Shown: positions 1-14,546 of the stretch, piece after piece | Layout of the letters: each line of letters starts with the position of its first letter | Position numbering within the stretch: position 1 is the first letter of the stretch | Assembly (NCBI GenBank): GCA_012295275.1 | Contig: CM022665.1 | Span: forward strand, 7,502,001-7,566,000 | Reading direction: 5' to 3' | Length of the DNA stretch: 64,000 nt | DNA from: Chrysomallon squamiferum | Taxonomy: Eukaryota > Animalia > Mollusca | The notes under the pieces: generated by a model | The model's input: the letters and a program-made list of their open reading frames with translations, nothing else | Told to the model about the DNA's origin: nothing | Databases searched by the model: none | Position numbers and translations under genes: made by a program

Positions 1-585
1 CATAGTCTGTAAAATTTACTTATCATGCTTACTTGTAAAATACTGAAGAAATAATCACTACAGTTTAAAGCTTGACCATCAGTTTTGTTTCTTCATATAG
101 AAATTAATTTAATAACCAACAATATATAACAATGCTTGTCTGCTAGCAGTAATATTTTTAAATTTTTCATTCATAAACTGTGATATATTGTGTTCTTAGA
201 TGCGATAGTTTAATGTTGTCTTTGTTGTTGTATTACATTTATTTATTTATTTTGAAAAAATTGCTAAATATAATTTCTTAATTTAATTAAATTAAGTATT
301 ATGAGGAAGATTTGAGTAGTGAATTTAAATAGTTTGCATGGTTATGTTGTTGTTTTTTTTATTGCACGGTTCATTTGCATATTGTTGTGTTGTAGAGTGG
401 CAACCTTCCAAAGAAACCAAAGCTGCACAAATCTATCTTTCACTGCCAGGTTGGTGATGGATATTGAATATAAACAATAATAACTGACACATTTGTAAAA
501 CCGAAACATTAAAAATTGTTTCACATGTACAACAAAACTGAGAGGATTGACAAAAAGTTAATAAAAATTAAATTATTGACAAAAA

Positions 586-616
<31 letters not shown>

Positions 617-1402
617 AAATAATAATAAATAAAAATGAATATAATTTGGATAAAGTGATAAAAATAAATATATTTAAAATGTATGTGAAATCTGCAACAT
701 GTTGCTGAAGTATTTATTATTGAATACTTTTTAATATAACCTGTTTTATTTATTTTAATTTTCTGCTAAATATTATTATTAGGCACTATTTCTATTAGGT
801 ATTTTACATTAAAACTGACAATTTTAGGGGACGTCTCACACAGAAATGTCAGAAGCAAAAACCTACTTAATCATTTTAAAAAACAATAAATATGTTCTGA
901 CATTGAAGTGAAAATACTCCTTCTTATGTTACTGTTACAATTAGAGCTTCTACAAAATGTTTAAATAGTTCTCCGATTTCATAAAAAGTATAACTCATAA
1001 AACCATGTAAAAAGAAAGTTATTTTTATATTTTTTTTATATTTGAGTTTAAGAATTTGTGTTTCATCTTGCATGTAAGGTATTTTTCTTTATTGTTTTAG
1101 ATACGTATGGTGTAAATATTTGTAGAGCACACTTTATTTATTTAGAATATGTCTACAATCATATTTGCTTTTTTCTGAACATTTGTCATTGTTTTCATTT
1201 TTATATTGCTGTTGCTGTTTCCCTTAGGATAATACCTTCTGTGTAGCAGTAATATATCCAACCTTTCATATTATTTTTTTTCCTCTTTTTTTATTATTAT
1301 TTTTTATTTTTTATTTTATTTTTTGTATCACTGAAAAATTTGATTTTCTGTGTTATTAGAAAACATAATCATTTTAATGATGCCTTTTAATATATTCATC
1401 AG

Positions 1403-3584
1403 ACAAGAGACAAATCCAAATTTATCTGGCAAGGATTCTACATCATCAGTAGCTTCACAGGGGTCAGAGGGCAGCACAAGCAGCACAGATGAATCTGATG
1501 TTGAAGGAGGAGTGAATTTGTCTGATTCATCAAGTCCTTATGATTCTGATCATGTTTCCAGTTACATTTCATTCAAAGTGAGCAGTTTGTTCTCAGACCA
1601 TTCTATTTCTTTCCTGATACATTTTCAGAGATGAAAGATTTTCTATTTTTTTAAATTTATTTTATTTTTATTTTATTTTTATCAAAAAGTCCAGAGAACT
1701 AAATTTGCTTTAATGTTCAAATAGACTCCTGTATACTACATATCTGAGTCGGAATGACTGAAGGAATGAATGATATTTTATTATTAACAGTATAAAATTA
1801 ACTTAGTCATGTTGTTGTTACAATAATGGTGTCATGGAGGAAACCCATTACCACTATTCCTGTAACTGCTGTTACCAATTAGCAGAAGATATCATTTATA
1901 ACGTCAAATATACAGAAAAACTTTCACAGCCTTGATAAAACCAGCTGTGTGGCACCAGCCTGTCTAACTGTTACTGTTTTTCCCAATCAGGATCTGTTCC
2001 CATCAATGAAAGATGTGTATGACACAGATATTGCAGACCTCAACAAACGTGACCTCAAACTTTATGAAAGGTCAGTGACTTTTTTTTTTTTTTTGTGTAT
2101 AAGCAGGTGTGATGGGTATATTTTATATTATCACAATTTATTCTTTCTTTATAGTAACTCGGAAAACTAATAATGTGATAGTGTCAGGTTTACATATATC
2201 TGTAATGAATTGTATTAATATAATATTATTTTATATTACAAGAATAATTTTTAAAAATCCCCCCAAAAACAAGGTTATATAAAAGATATAATTATGTGAC
2301 ATTTTAAAAGTTCATTTGATTCAATGATGATACTTCTTGTTTAGTTCTATTTATACCCAGTAGATAATTTTGTAAATAAGAAATTACATATAAAACATTG
2401 TCCATTCAGAAGGTCTTGTTTCTGGTGTATTTTGATAATTTTATCTTCAACCTAGTTGCTGATTCCAAATTAATTGTCCTGTAAATAATGTATTCTTACA
2501 GAATGAAAAGAGGTATTTTAATTATTCTGCTTTATGGTAACTAGATATATAGAGATAGAGAAATGTTCAAAAGAAAATACCATCATTGGTGGACATCTTG
2601 AAAAGCAACAAAAGAAATCTTCAGACTGGAAAGCTGAAACCAAACCTAGGAAAGTGTCCCAAGGTGTTGACATGTAAGTTGTTTATCATTTGAATTTTTG
2701 TTATTTTTAATTTCTATTTTTTTAATATTCAGTTTTTTGCAGTACCATTTGAGCATAAGGAGTTAATATTTTAACAAAAAAAAAAAAAAAAAAACTTTTA
2801 TGCCTGAATGATTAATTTTTTACCATCACATGTTGTTTTTATTAACAACATGATGCTCAATAAACAGTTAGGCAAGCAGCCTGTAGAGACAAAAATATCA
2901 GCCATTTTGACCAGGGAGTTCAAGGTATGAGGTACATGATTTCGTGGGAGGCAGGTCAGGGTCCAAAGGATTAATATTTACCAGTTTGGCTGTTAATAAT
3001 TATAAAATAGGCATTAATGAATAAAATTTACACTAATCTTTCCTGAAAGTAAATAGAATAAAAAAATATGAAACAATGTATATGTGGTAGGACTTTTTGT
3101 GTGGAGGGGGTGATACTTTTACAGAAGTCAGTTTTAGATTAGCTAATTTTATAAGTAGTATGTAACAGAAATTATTACTGTAAATGATTAAGAAAAAAAA
3201 AATTAAATATTGTTTGGCAAGAGCATTTAAAAATGGATATTATTTTAAATTGACTGTTAACTATGTGCTGATATGTATCATTTCTAATCTTTATTTTTTC
3301 TTTAAATATAATAAATAATGGTTTAAAAAGTTAACTCTGTTTTAAAAAGACACTTGACTGAAAAATGAAAGTTATATCACAGATTTGATGTTTTGAATAT
3401 TTTCAGATACCCGATTAGTGGTTTCAAGCTGGACAGCAGTGTTTCTGTGGAACCTCCTCCAGTGAGTCGCAAAGCCAAGGAAATATATACAGCATACATT
3501 AAACGTGGAATGTATGGGGCAGGATCTCCATCTAAAGTTGATCTTCAGACTTACGCAAAATATGTTAGTAGCAAATATCGCTGA
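1403..3584 (+). CDS. FIG4: Polyphosphoinositide phosphatase FIG4/Sac3, last four coding exons (gene starts upstream of the window)
   Basis: Phase-compatible GT-AG exons 1403-1577, 1991-2070, 2545-2673, 3407-3584. C-terminus YPISGFKLDSSVSVEPPPVSRKAKEIYTAYIKRG...DLQTYAKYVSSKYR* resembles the FIG4 C-terminus as recalled ([26 protein letters not shown]...YREYIRNRYL). Confidence 0.8.
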
Positions 3585-4093
3585 GAGTCAGGAGTGCAGG
3601 TTTTGAAACATCTTTCAGAGACAGGCATCACTGAAACAGAATAAGCACAGCTAGTTCCGGAAATATTTCTAGTTTCATTTTTAAGTCTTGTGCATTAACA
3701 GAAAAAGTGGCTATAATATGTCTTAGAGGAATAATTTTAAGGAACTGAGTTATAGAACATTTTGAAATATGCTTCAGATTTTAAAAAAAATATATGTAAA
3801 AAATAAATGTGATGCAAGGAGCTGTCTACACAAAAAGGTTGATAGAAATGTTGTTAATGGAACAGCCAAACAGTATTGGGACTAAAATCTTATTATTGAA
3901 ATAAACTATAATTAAAACATAATAATTAATTGTAGCTGAACTAAAGAGCTATGATTTGAAAAAGTTTAGTTGTTTTGTGAACTGAAGTGAATTTTCACAG
4001 ACATCAGACACAAATTTCAAATCATAATGAACAAAATAAACATTCCATGGAAATACGTATTTGTCTTTGTCTTTAGTTTTCTTTACACAAATA

Positions 4094-4785
4094 CAGTGGG
4101 GTATCCTATTATGAATCTAATTGGTTCCAGAACCTCATTCGTTACAGGGTCCATTGAAATACATGTTATAAAGAGTAATCCATTCCTGGCCCCAAAATAC
4201 ATGTCTTAAAACTGACAAATGTAGTATAAAATAGTGAAGTAAGTTTATAAATGTATATATAAACTCCTGAAATGAAGAGTATCATTAATACTTTATCTTA
4301 CCTTACTGTTGCTGAGCTTGCAGGAGAGGAGGCAGGGGTGGGGGGAAGGAGATAATTACTGAGAAGAGGTGGAAGGAGAGGAGTCGTCCTTCCTAGCCCA
4401 CTGGAGACTGTCCTATAGGCAGGTGGTCAGTAGGAGGTCTCTTAAAAAAGGAATCCAGGGTTCACTGCTTCAACCTGGATTTCTGGACCTTCCAAAATTG
4501 TGTCATTAAAAATATTAAGGCCCATTTCTACAGCATCAACATCAGGGTGATATTCCTTAACAATGTTGGAAAGTTTATTCCAGCACCAGAAAACATCTTT
4601 CAGTTCTTGGGCTGGAACGACATGGCTTTGCTCCTTGTCCTCATTCTCCCCTCGACTCCATAGAAATTTCTTCCATGTTCGTTATGGGGAACTTTGTTCA
4701 TTATGGGGTTCTCAGATTCATTGGTGAAACCATTCATTATAGGGATATTCATGGTATAATCTGTTCATTATAGGGCACCCCACTG
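4094..4785. mobile_element. Tc1/pogo-type MITE (non-autonomous DNA transposon)
   Basis: Terminal inverted repeats CAGTGGGGTATCCTATTATGAA / TTCATTATAGGGCACCCCACTG flanked by TA on both sides; subterminal TTCATTATAGGG-like repeats. Confidence 0.75.
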
Positions 4786-5625
4786 TATTTTCTTCATTTT
4801 TTTTTTTTTTACTTCCTTGTTGACTGCATCATAAGGAAAACTCAAAACTTGATAAGTGTAGATGTTTATTTTCATACAGATTGAACATTGGCATGTGAGA
4901 GGATGTATATACTCAGCCAAATCAAAGGGAAAAAAAGGAAAAAAGAATGACTCTAATTTAATATACTTGGTTCAATAACCTACTTGATTCACATAATTCA
5001 TCTTTTGTGCCAACTGCAAATAATCAGAAAGTTAAATTAAAAATAAAATTCATATACTTTTATGGCACATAATTTGATCATATTTCCACCAAAATGGAAA
5101 AAAACTAGCAAAAATATAGGGTCATCCATATTCAGATAAAACTCTGAAATGAAAAAAAAACATTAGACTAAAATTAATGTACAATAAAAGAAAATTATAT
5201 ACAATATAACAGTTGAGTTATGTTAATGTTAATGTTACATAAACATACATCAATCATTTTACTCCCTGCTGAAGAGCAAAATGTCAAAACAAATTAAATA
5301 AAGTGGTAATGTTTTTTTAGAAGAAAATAAGTGCAGTCTTTATTTATTTACTTTAATTTTTTTAAAATTTTATTGTATTTTTTTGTTTTGTATTATATTG
5401 TGTTTATATAATGAAAGTCATAATTTTTTATTCTGTTAAAATTAAACATACATTGATTGATTAATAATATTGATTAGAGTAAAAAGAATACATTATTTTG
5501 GTGTTTTTAATTAATTTTAATTTTTATGTTATAAAAACATTCTTTTGAAAATAACAAAATTCAAAATATCTAAAAAAGGATATTTTGTCACAGTAAGAAA
5601 TACATGTTCTGTTTGGAAACAACTG

Positions 5626-5696
<71 letters not shown>

Positions 5697-5700
5697 TTTT
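5626..5700. repeat. (TA)n microsatellite followed by poly-T
   Basis: Direct reading. Confidence 0.95.
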
Positions 5701-5842
5701 AATTATGATGTATTTTTAAGATTTCTATTTTCTGTTTATTTTGGTTTTATTTTCATGTCCACTGATATCTGAATGACACATAGAAAGAGGGTTTGAAATG
5801 TAACTAGTAAGCAGGCTTAGAAGTTACAATCTTATTTTAATC

Positions 5843-7981
5843 TTAAAATTCTGGTTCTAAGTCAACTGTTTCACATCCAATACAGTGCACAATGTAGATA
5901 GGTAAAATGAAATTTGTGTTAAAAATAATCAATTCTTTCCCCTTAGGTGAGACATGTGAATCATAGCCAGCTATTAACTTTGCTCCAGGCATGTACCAGT
6001 TACATCTGTAAGCCTGAAAATATAACATTTAGACAAAATAAAAATCTTGTTTAGAACCGAACAATAAAAAGATGAATTTGTTTTCTTCTCATTTAGATAA
6101 TAAAACACTATTAACAGTATTATACAATATTTCAAAATTGTTATTACATTTGTATTCTGTTTTTTGTAACTATGGTCCTGTTTCATTTTTAATTTTACAA
6201 ATGATTATTTGACTAAACTAATGCTGAAATGCTGGAGTGCTTAGTTAAATTTTTTACATCAGTAAGTTTTATGCTGCTATTAAAATTATTTTAATAATTC
6301 TGAATAAATCAAAACTATTTTTAATAATTTGTCTTAATTTGCTAAATACAAAATTTAATCTTGTTTACAAACAATATATTATGTAATAAAAATAAGAAAT
6401 TAAAAATTAGGCTAATTAAAAATTTATGTTCAGTAACAAACATTTTAAAAACCTGTGATTGTACTGAAATAAGTTTCACTTGAAGAATAAAACATTTTGA
6501 TAATGAACAATACATTTAGTTACATATACTTTTTTCTGGAGAATCCTATACTAATAAAACTGAATACCTTTCCTGTTAGCACCAAACACAGAAGCAGCAT
6601 TGAGGAACCTTCTAAATAGTTCATGCAGTACTGGGGATATTCACTGAAGTACACTCCATCTCCAAACTTGCTGCCAACTCGCTTTTCAAAGCCTACATCA
6701 CCTGTTATTAGAAGCTGTGTGTAAATACACATTTTACAAACATCTGTATGTGCTTGTGTATGTATATATTAAGACATGAAAGAATAAACAGAACAGTATT
6801 ACTGATATCTGCCTGCCATCCTCACTTCCCATTACATGCATTGTTAAATAGATTAATTATTCCCTTTTTTAAGAATATATAGGTCTACAACAGTGGTGCC
6901 CAATGCATCAATCACGATTGACCAGTCAATTGCATAGACAATGTGCGTAGATTGCATGACACTAAAAAATCATCCTATCACATCCTGCAGCCATAATAAA
7001 TGTTTTGTGTTTTTATTGTAGGTAGCCCATTTTGTACCTGGTCCCAAAAATCCACCCTCACAGATTTTTTTGATGGCTTCTGCGTTTGTTCCATGAAAAG
7101 CTAAGACTGGGTGTGACATATCTGCACCTCTTGTTTTCTTCAGATTCTGCTGAGCAGCCCTGTAAACAGTTGTTAAATTATTATTTATGTTCAGAATAAC
7201 CAACAACAGGCAAACTGATGTTTGTGTTTTCTTGTTAAACGTAGATTTATTTTTATATGATATTTTTGATAATTTGGTGCATTAAATTAAAATTTAGACA
7301 TAAATAAAGCTTTAGATGTTGTTTTCAAAGCCAAAGATCATGAGTCTGTACTAAAACCACGAAAGTACTGCTCAAGTAACTAAGTTACCTTTTCTACACT
7401 TTTGAGCATATAGTTTCATAGCTGGTGTTCTTGTATTTTTGTATTGTCATGTGTGTAAAATATTTGTTTGGAATTGTCTATTGTTGTAGCCTCTGGATCT
7501 CTCAGACAAAATACACTTCACATTCTGTCTATTTGTGTCTTTAATTTTCTGCACACTGTTAAAACACTTGCTGTTTTAGAAAGGCAAAACTGATACAAAT
7601 TAGACATCTATATATTATGTAAAAATGAATTTACATTCTAAATTATGTTGAAAAAGGTGTTTAGTTTAATGTCATTTATTACCTGTTATTATTATTAGCA
7701 GTAGTAGTAGTAGTAGTACTAGTAATAGTAGTAATGGTACTATGTTGTGAATTATTTGGTTGTTGTTTAAATTTTTAATAACATACCTGAATTTTTCTTT
7801 CAGTATCTGATTATCCACATATTCTATCTTTTCAATTTTATATCTGAAATAGTAAAAAAGACTGATTTTTAATTTCAGCCAAATAAAATGGTGAAGTAGA
7901 TACTATTTGTGTCAACTTAATAATGAAGTTCCTTTTTAATTTAAAAAAAAAGTTGATATATAAAAAAAATTGCATGTACAT

Positions 7982-8039
<58 letters not shown>

Positions 8040-8648
8040 TCGGAGTTAGATTTTTATTTAATTTTTTTTTTTGCATACACTTCTTTTTTTGCAGTGCAGT
8101 AGCCATTAAGGTTATGTTCACAAGAATGAAATGTTATTAGATTCTGATCTGACCAAACTGCATTCTTATTTGATTAACCAGACAAAACTATATTAGTGTT
8201 AATATTTGTATTGATTTTACTGGTGTTGATTGGGAAGCTTTTCCAAATCTCAAGGGAGCTAACTAATATGGCCAAAGTGGCTTAGTTTTGTTCATGAAGT
8301 AATATTTATGTTCTTACTTGTCAGCCAGTGAACCAAGGTGTCTGAAAAACTGAGACTCTGCTATCCTGTAATGGTATTCAACAGACATATTGCGATAAAA
8401 ATCCTCAGCTTGAAGAGTATAGTAAACTGCTTTTGCACCTTTAGTTATCTGTAAAAGTGTACAGATATTTTGTTTAATACATTTGTTTATTACCTAATCT
8501 ACAGTTCTGATTACAAGAAATGAACAGTTTTGTCTGACTAGTGCATTTCTAACAAAAGAACATGTAAAAGATCCCTTACTGCTGATTATTAAAAGTAGTC
8601 TGTGGAATAGTGGTAGGTTTCTTCTTCTGAATGATCAAGACCAAAAAA

Positions 8649-8683
<35 letters not shown>

Positions 8684-9833
8684 ATTAAAAATTAAAAAAA
8701 CACAGTATATATTTGATACATAATATAGTTCTCTGAATTTTTCTGATTTTCTTTATTTATATACTGTCGACTCAGGAACAGATTACATACCTGAATATCA
8801 GCAATTTTCTTCAGTAAGGATTTCTGTGAATAATTTAAAAGAAGAATAATGAAAATACAAATTCCAAGAACTGATTTCATGTTGCTTATTTAACTAGAAT
8901 TAGTTTTTGGTATTTTGTATCAAAATTATCAATAAACAAGTCAATAAGACTGCTTTAAAAGGGGACATTGACTAGATACAGTCAGCTAATTCATAAAAAT
9001 TACATCCTTACTAAATTACAGTAAGACATATGTGAAATGTAACTTTTTAAAATGTGACTATAAATGAGAACTTAATGTGGGATTTTTTTTTTTTTTTTTA
9101 TTATTATTATTACTGTTATTATTTTTTTTTTGGGGGGGGGTGGTGGATATTAAGCATAATTTTGATTAGAAGCCACAAGCTGTAACAAAGAGGTATTTAA
9201 TATATGTGCTTGACTAAACAGCCTGATCTAACCAAGCATCAGTTTATTATAATCTAGATTTACACTCTGAGATGATGATACAGGTCTTATTGTACATACA
9301 TGTTATGCACTGGGACATTTTACATCTATTTTCATTCTAGGAACCTACTGAAATATTCTAGATATGCGAATTTTTACCTCTGTAAAACTCTTTGAAATCA
9401 CTTTTAGTTTAATTTTCCACTGAGTGAAGTCACAAAAGAAATACTAATAATTTATTTTTTGTCTACTTACATTCACTGCAGCTGACTGTGCTTGAGGCAT
9501 GCTTGCATCCTGAAAAAATAAATAATAACAGTACCAATTTCAGGACAATAAGGACCAATACGAAATAATATTACATTGTAAGTGTTAATATGAATATTTT
9601 TTGTGCATTATTTGAATAAACTTCAGGAATAATAATGATATAGTATGTATCTAATGATGACATTTTTAAATGTTAATTAATTTGTAACTAGAAATTATTA
9701 TTTTTATTTGGCTAATAAACTGTTAGGACTGATCATTTATCGTTTATACTTACATCCATCTTCCTAAAACCTGTAATAAAAGTATATATTAAATATACTT
9801 TTTATTTATTGCTGTTGCTGGCTTTCTGTCAGA

Positions 9834-9879
<46 letters not shown>

Positions 9880-12500
9880 CAGATACCTTTGACACAGTGT
9901 TTTAATTTCGTTATGCTACAATATATAAATTACAGATTACATAAGATTTTATTTTATTTTATTTTTGTATTTATTATTATTTATTTTTGTATTTTTTCTA
10001 TTTTTATATATTTTATTATTTTCTTATTTGTTAAAATTTTATAATAAAAAAAAAAAAAAAAATGAAATTAACCAGTAAAAAAACACCAGTCATTTTTGTT
10101 GATTTTCTCTTTGATACCAGTCAGTACTAACCCAGTTGTGAATCCTCAAATGCTGAAGAGAATGTAGAAACCATGGTTTGTTGAAAGACAACCAGCCGAA
10201 TGAGCTTCAAAGAGGAGTCGTAGTTTAAATCCACAAACGTTTTGATTGACAAAGCAATTGTTTTTGCCATTGTCTCTGGTGACAGATTCATATCACCTGA
10301 TGAAAGAGAAGATATGTAATTTTTCTTAACTTTAAAATTCCATTGTATCTTTCTTTTACCAGTAACTTGAAACAAGAAAATATTATTGGTGAAAATAAAC
10401 GGTGTTTTGATATACTGAATTCTATCGTTCAGAGTAAGCTACATTCATCACAAGAATATTCAACAACAGAAAAGTGATGTTAATGCTTTTGTTTAGCATG
10501 TTACATAATAAACTGTCTGAATTTGTGTATTACATATTTGCAAACATTTAACTATTTTATCTCAGGGGGTGGGTGTTTGTGAAGATCTGTTAGAGTTATG
10601 GAGTTTAGATATGACCGATTTCTATTTGTACAGAATATGTCACCTTCAAATAATATTAGTATCATGCCAAGAAAATTAAAAAAAAAAAAAAAAAAAATAA
10701 TGTGTGGATTAAATCAAGCTAGTTTTCATTTATTACTCTACCTGTTCCTAAAGCTGGGACAGACAGTGATGTTATCTGATTCCTGGCAGCTAGATCTAGA
10801 AACTGTTTTATGACTTCAGGCCATTTTTCACATTTGCTTTGAGCATCAATATGTAGAACATATTTGCAGTTTAAATTCCCTGCTGATGTCAAGACTACTC
10901 CATTTCTTTGCATAATATCTTCTGAAAATGAAAAATGCCAATGATATGTGATTTTAGTGGAACACTGAAAACCACAGAACAAGTGATCTGTTTCACACAT
11001 TACTGTCTAAACATTATATACTTATCTGATTGTTTTTTCAAAAGGTAAAGTGAAACTAGCAACAGATAACAATAAACGTATGTTGACACTCAAACATCAT
11101 ACATTTTTGCCATCAGGTTATCAGATTCTGCTATCAAATTTTACAATTTTAAAGGGACTCTTTGTTCTTTTTTGTTTTATTGTAAGGTATGTCTTTGGTA
11201 CAGTTACGGGAAAACACCTGTCTAAATACATCTCATACACTTCCAAAAGTTCATTGTTTATATGTGGAAATTAAAACTTTGCTAATACTTAAATAGCAAT
11301 ACAGTTATGCTATCAAAGAATTACATGAATGCTATCTTTTAGAGAAAAAAAATCAGTTTTTGCCCTAAATGTTCAATGAGAAATGCATTCAAAGCAATTT
11401 TGAATATGTTAGCATTTATGTTAGAACGTCAGTGTTTTGAGAAGATGTTCATTCATTATGAAATCAATGTCAAAAAGATTTTTGTTTTCATTAAAGCATG
11501 TATTTGTATATGTTAGTGTGTATGTGCGTGTTTGTGCGCATACTTTTGAGGATAAAAATGTATATGAGGTATATGTGTTACAGGAAATATGTATAAATCC
11601 TGAAACTTTCAGAAAATATGTGCAATCACTGAACTGAAGGTAATGTGTCCAGAGTTGGTGATGGTCCAGGTAAAACCAGACATCCACAGAGCCAAGAGTC
11701 CATAGATAGAGCTAACTGTGACATCAAGGACAGGTTTGTTTGTTAGGAGATAGCAATGTAACTGAATGGACTTCTGGACTAACATTTGTTCAGTTACAGA
11801 ACTCCAGTTTTCACAATAAAACTAATTGCTCTCCATTTGCAGTCTGTTGGGTTCTGATGCTTGCTCTGGACTGATCTCACCTGGCCTCCCTCGTGAAATT
11901 CTCCATCAGTTGCAGTTTGAGGATGTTTTACTTGCAGCCTTTGCTATGCAGTTTCTTAAGTGAATCAGAATGTATGAATATTTTCTGAAATTTTCACGAA
12001 TTATACGACTTTTTATGATTATATATATTTCCTGAATCATATGCATCTTGAAGACCATCAGTACACTTACGCTGGGCCCTGCAAGCTGTATCTAAGTCAG
12101 GTCCTGCTTGATCTAACAAAGCCTGTGACACAGCTCCTAAAATGCACAATTTAGACATAATGCAATTTTAAGTTTTGTTAGTCCTGTAGTTGAAATATAA
12201 ATATCAGTTTTACAAATCTTCAAAGGGTGGCTGTTTGGTTCTTTATCATTCCAGCTGGTTTATAACAGGCATTTTACAAGTCATGTTTTGCTATCTATGA
12301 GAAGGTGTGTATAAAAGATATTTTTTCTGCTAATGGAGTGGCCTTTACAATGGTGGTTGCAGGTTTCATCTCTTATAGTAACATTATACAAAAACCATGT
12401 TTCATTCTGCTATTAATAACCATTAGTAATAAAACATGCTCAGGTACCATTAATAAAAGTAAATAATTACACAACACTCACGCATACATACATACATACA

Positions 12501-12565
<65 letters not shown>

Positions 12566-13299
12566 CAGACCTATCATAATACATACTCCTTCAAAAATAC
12601 ATTCTTCAATTATTCAGTTGTTCCAAATTATAAACCATTAGGATGGTATCTTTACTCGATGTAACAATAACAAGATACTGAGAGAAAATTAAAAATAAAA
12701 TAATAGTAAAACACATCATTTAGGTTTTAGTAAACTGTACAAGTTGGTAGGTATGACATAACATTTATTAATGACAATTCTTTTATTTATTTCTGTCAGT
12801 AAACTTGCAGAAAGGTTTAGCAAACCCACATGCTGAATAATTAAGTTCATTGTGTGATTACCAGAGAAACTAATGTTTATTAATTAATATTTGTGTTTGG
12901 TTACTGAAAGTAATACCAAATGAGAGGTCCAGTCCACGATTGCTGCTGTTGATAACACAGTCTGTTGACTCTTTTGTAATATCTCCTTGCAGAATCTGCA
13001 CTTTCATGCTTCCATATTGGAAATTATCTACAAGAAGATGAGAGATGTTTAAATAGTGAAAATTATACCATTGTGAATATCTTTTTTTGTTTGTTTCAAA
13101 CCAAGGTAATTCCTGGCTGACATTAAATTAGATGCTGAAAATGCCTTTCAGTATTGGAAAAATTAAATATTATATCTACATATTATAAACTACAAACATT
13201 AAATTTTTGTTATATTTTATTAATTTTGTAAGAAAATCAGTTTTATTTTGTTCTCCCTCTTTGTATCAGAAACTATTTAGATACTAGTCATTTTCTTAA

Positions 13300-13351
<52 letters not shown>

Positions 13352-13490
13352 TTATATATATATATTATTACTATAAAGTTATTTAATGAATTAAGGTTTT
13401 TTTTATTATGATATTAAGGGTTTCTTATTTGGGGAAAGGTTGTTTTTACTCACCACAGATTCTTGAATTCGCAAATCTTGCTGATAGCAT
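5843..13490 (-). CDS. Compact macrodomain-PARP (ADP-ribosyltransferase), paralog A, about 420 aa
   Basis: Exons 13490-13454, 13027-12917, 12136-12071, 10921-10742, 10296-10132, 9770-9754, 9509-9471, 8823-8791, 8448-8318, 7843-7787, 7159-7038, 6701-6568, 6013-5843 join in phase (1263 nt). Macro motifs GDITKES, INSSN, GAVSQAL, SVPALGTG, IRLVVFQ. PARP motifs LAFHGT, FGDGVYFS, CLVLTGK, GYDSH, KELIIFN, ILPIYIV. The first exon and the three small linker exons are less certain. Confidence 0.85.
7992..8036. repeat. (CA)n microsatellite; another at 9837-9877
   Basis: Direct reading. Confidence 0.95.
12484..12563. repeat. Compound (TACA)n(TA)n(CA)n microsatellite
   Basis: Direct reading. Confidence 0.95.
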
Positions 13491-13620
13491 ATTGATGCTA
13501 CTGATATATGCAATATCTGATCTATCCTTTCTTAAGATATTGGGTTCAGTCTTTTTTCTTTTCTATTTCTTTTTCTTTTTTTAATCTATATATCAACAAG
13601 AAAAAAAGGTTAAATAAATA

Positions 13621-13657
<37 letters not shown>

Positions 13658-13897
13658 CAAAAGCCATGGACGAACGAAGACGGAAGGAAATTAAATGTAA
13701 TTTTATAAGCACGTCAATAATAATATTTACTATGAAAAATAATTTAAAAGGAAGAAAAAATACTTCAAAAATTGGCATTATTATCGTAAATATATTTAAA
13801 ATAAAATAATTGTTAATTTTTATCTAAAAAGTCGTCAAATAAAGAAATATCTTACCATCTGTCGAAATGTATCTACAAGGAAGTTATCCTGGACTTT

Positions 13898-13980
13898 ACT
13901 TTCATTTTACATAAACTATTACTTTTTTTTTTTTTTTTTTTTTTTTTGATAACGTTGTTGTTTTTGTTTATAGATATGCA

Positions 13981-14032
<52 letters not shown>

Positions 14033-14061
14033 GTAAGACTGTAGGCTGCAAAACCGAAAGT
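13898..14061. promoter_or_regulatory. Shared divergent promoter of the macro-PARP pair with two oppositely oriented IRF-E/ISRE-like motifs
   Basis: AAAATGAAAGT on minus (13898-13908) and AAAACCGAAAGT on plus (14050-14061), between a minus-strand splice donor near 13855 and the plus-strand ATG-G|GTAAGT at 14122-14131; CpG is locally retained. Confidence 0.45.
13985..14030. repeat. (ATT)n microsatellite inside the divergent PARP promoter; others near 13302-13351 and 14503-14545
   Basis: Direct reading. Confidence 0.95.
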
Positions 14062-14121
14062 AAAACTTCAAAAATTCCTTGATGACGGGAGGAGTTTTTG
14101 GAGTTTGCATCATAAAGTGAA

Positions 14122-14501
14122 ATGGGTAAGTATGCTTGCATATGTGTATAGCTATAATAAAAATGTTCTGTAAACTGTTAACATAATTTATTATATAAAA
14201 ATTATACAATTTAAGAATACTATAACTGTTAAATAATCCAATTAACAGCGCTGTGACTTGTCGATTTATTTTTATTTTATTCATTTGTTTATTACATCGA
14301 TACTGGTTATGTTTAATATTTGAAAAATTATTGCTATACCTAAAGATCGAAGTATTCTAAACAGATAACGAAACTTTTACAACTGATTAAAATATTTAAA
14401 ACAATTTAATAATAATAATAATAATAATAATAAAAATAAAAATAATAATAATAATAATAATATAAAATATAAAGGGGAAAAGCAAAGAAAAGAACGTAAG
14501 A

Positions 14502-14546
<45 letters not shown>

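Noticed and set aside
8580-8626. Possible extra linker exon of PARP A (KKKPTTIPQTTFNNQ)
   Set aside because: It ends in phase 2 while the next exon needs phase 0, and it overlaps a SINE core (TAAAAGATCCCTT.CTGCT).
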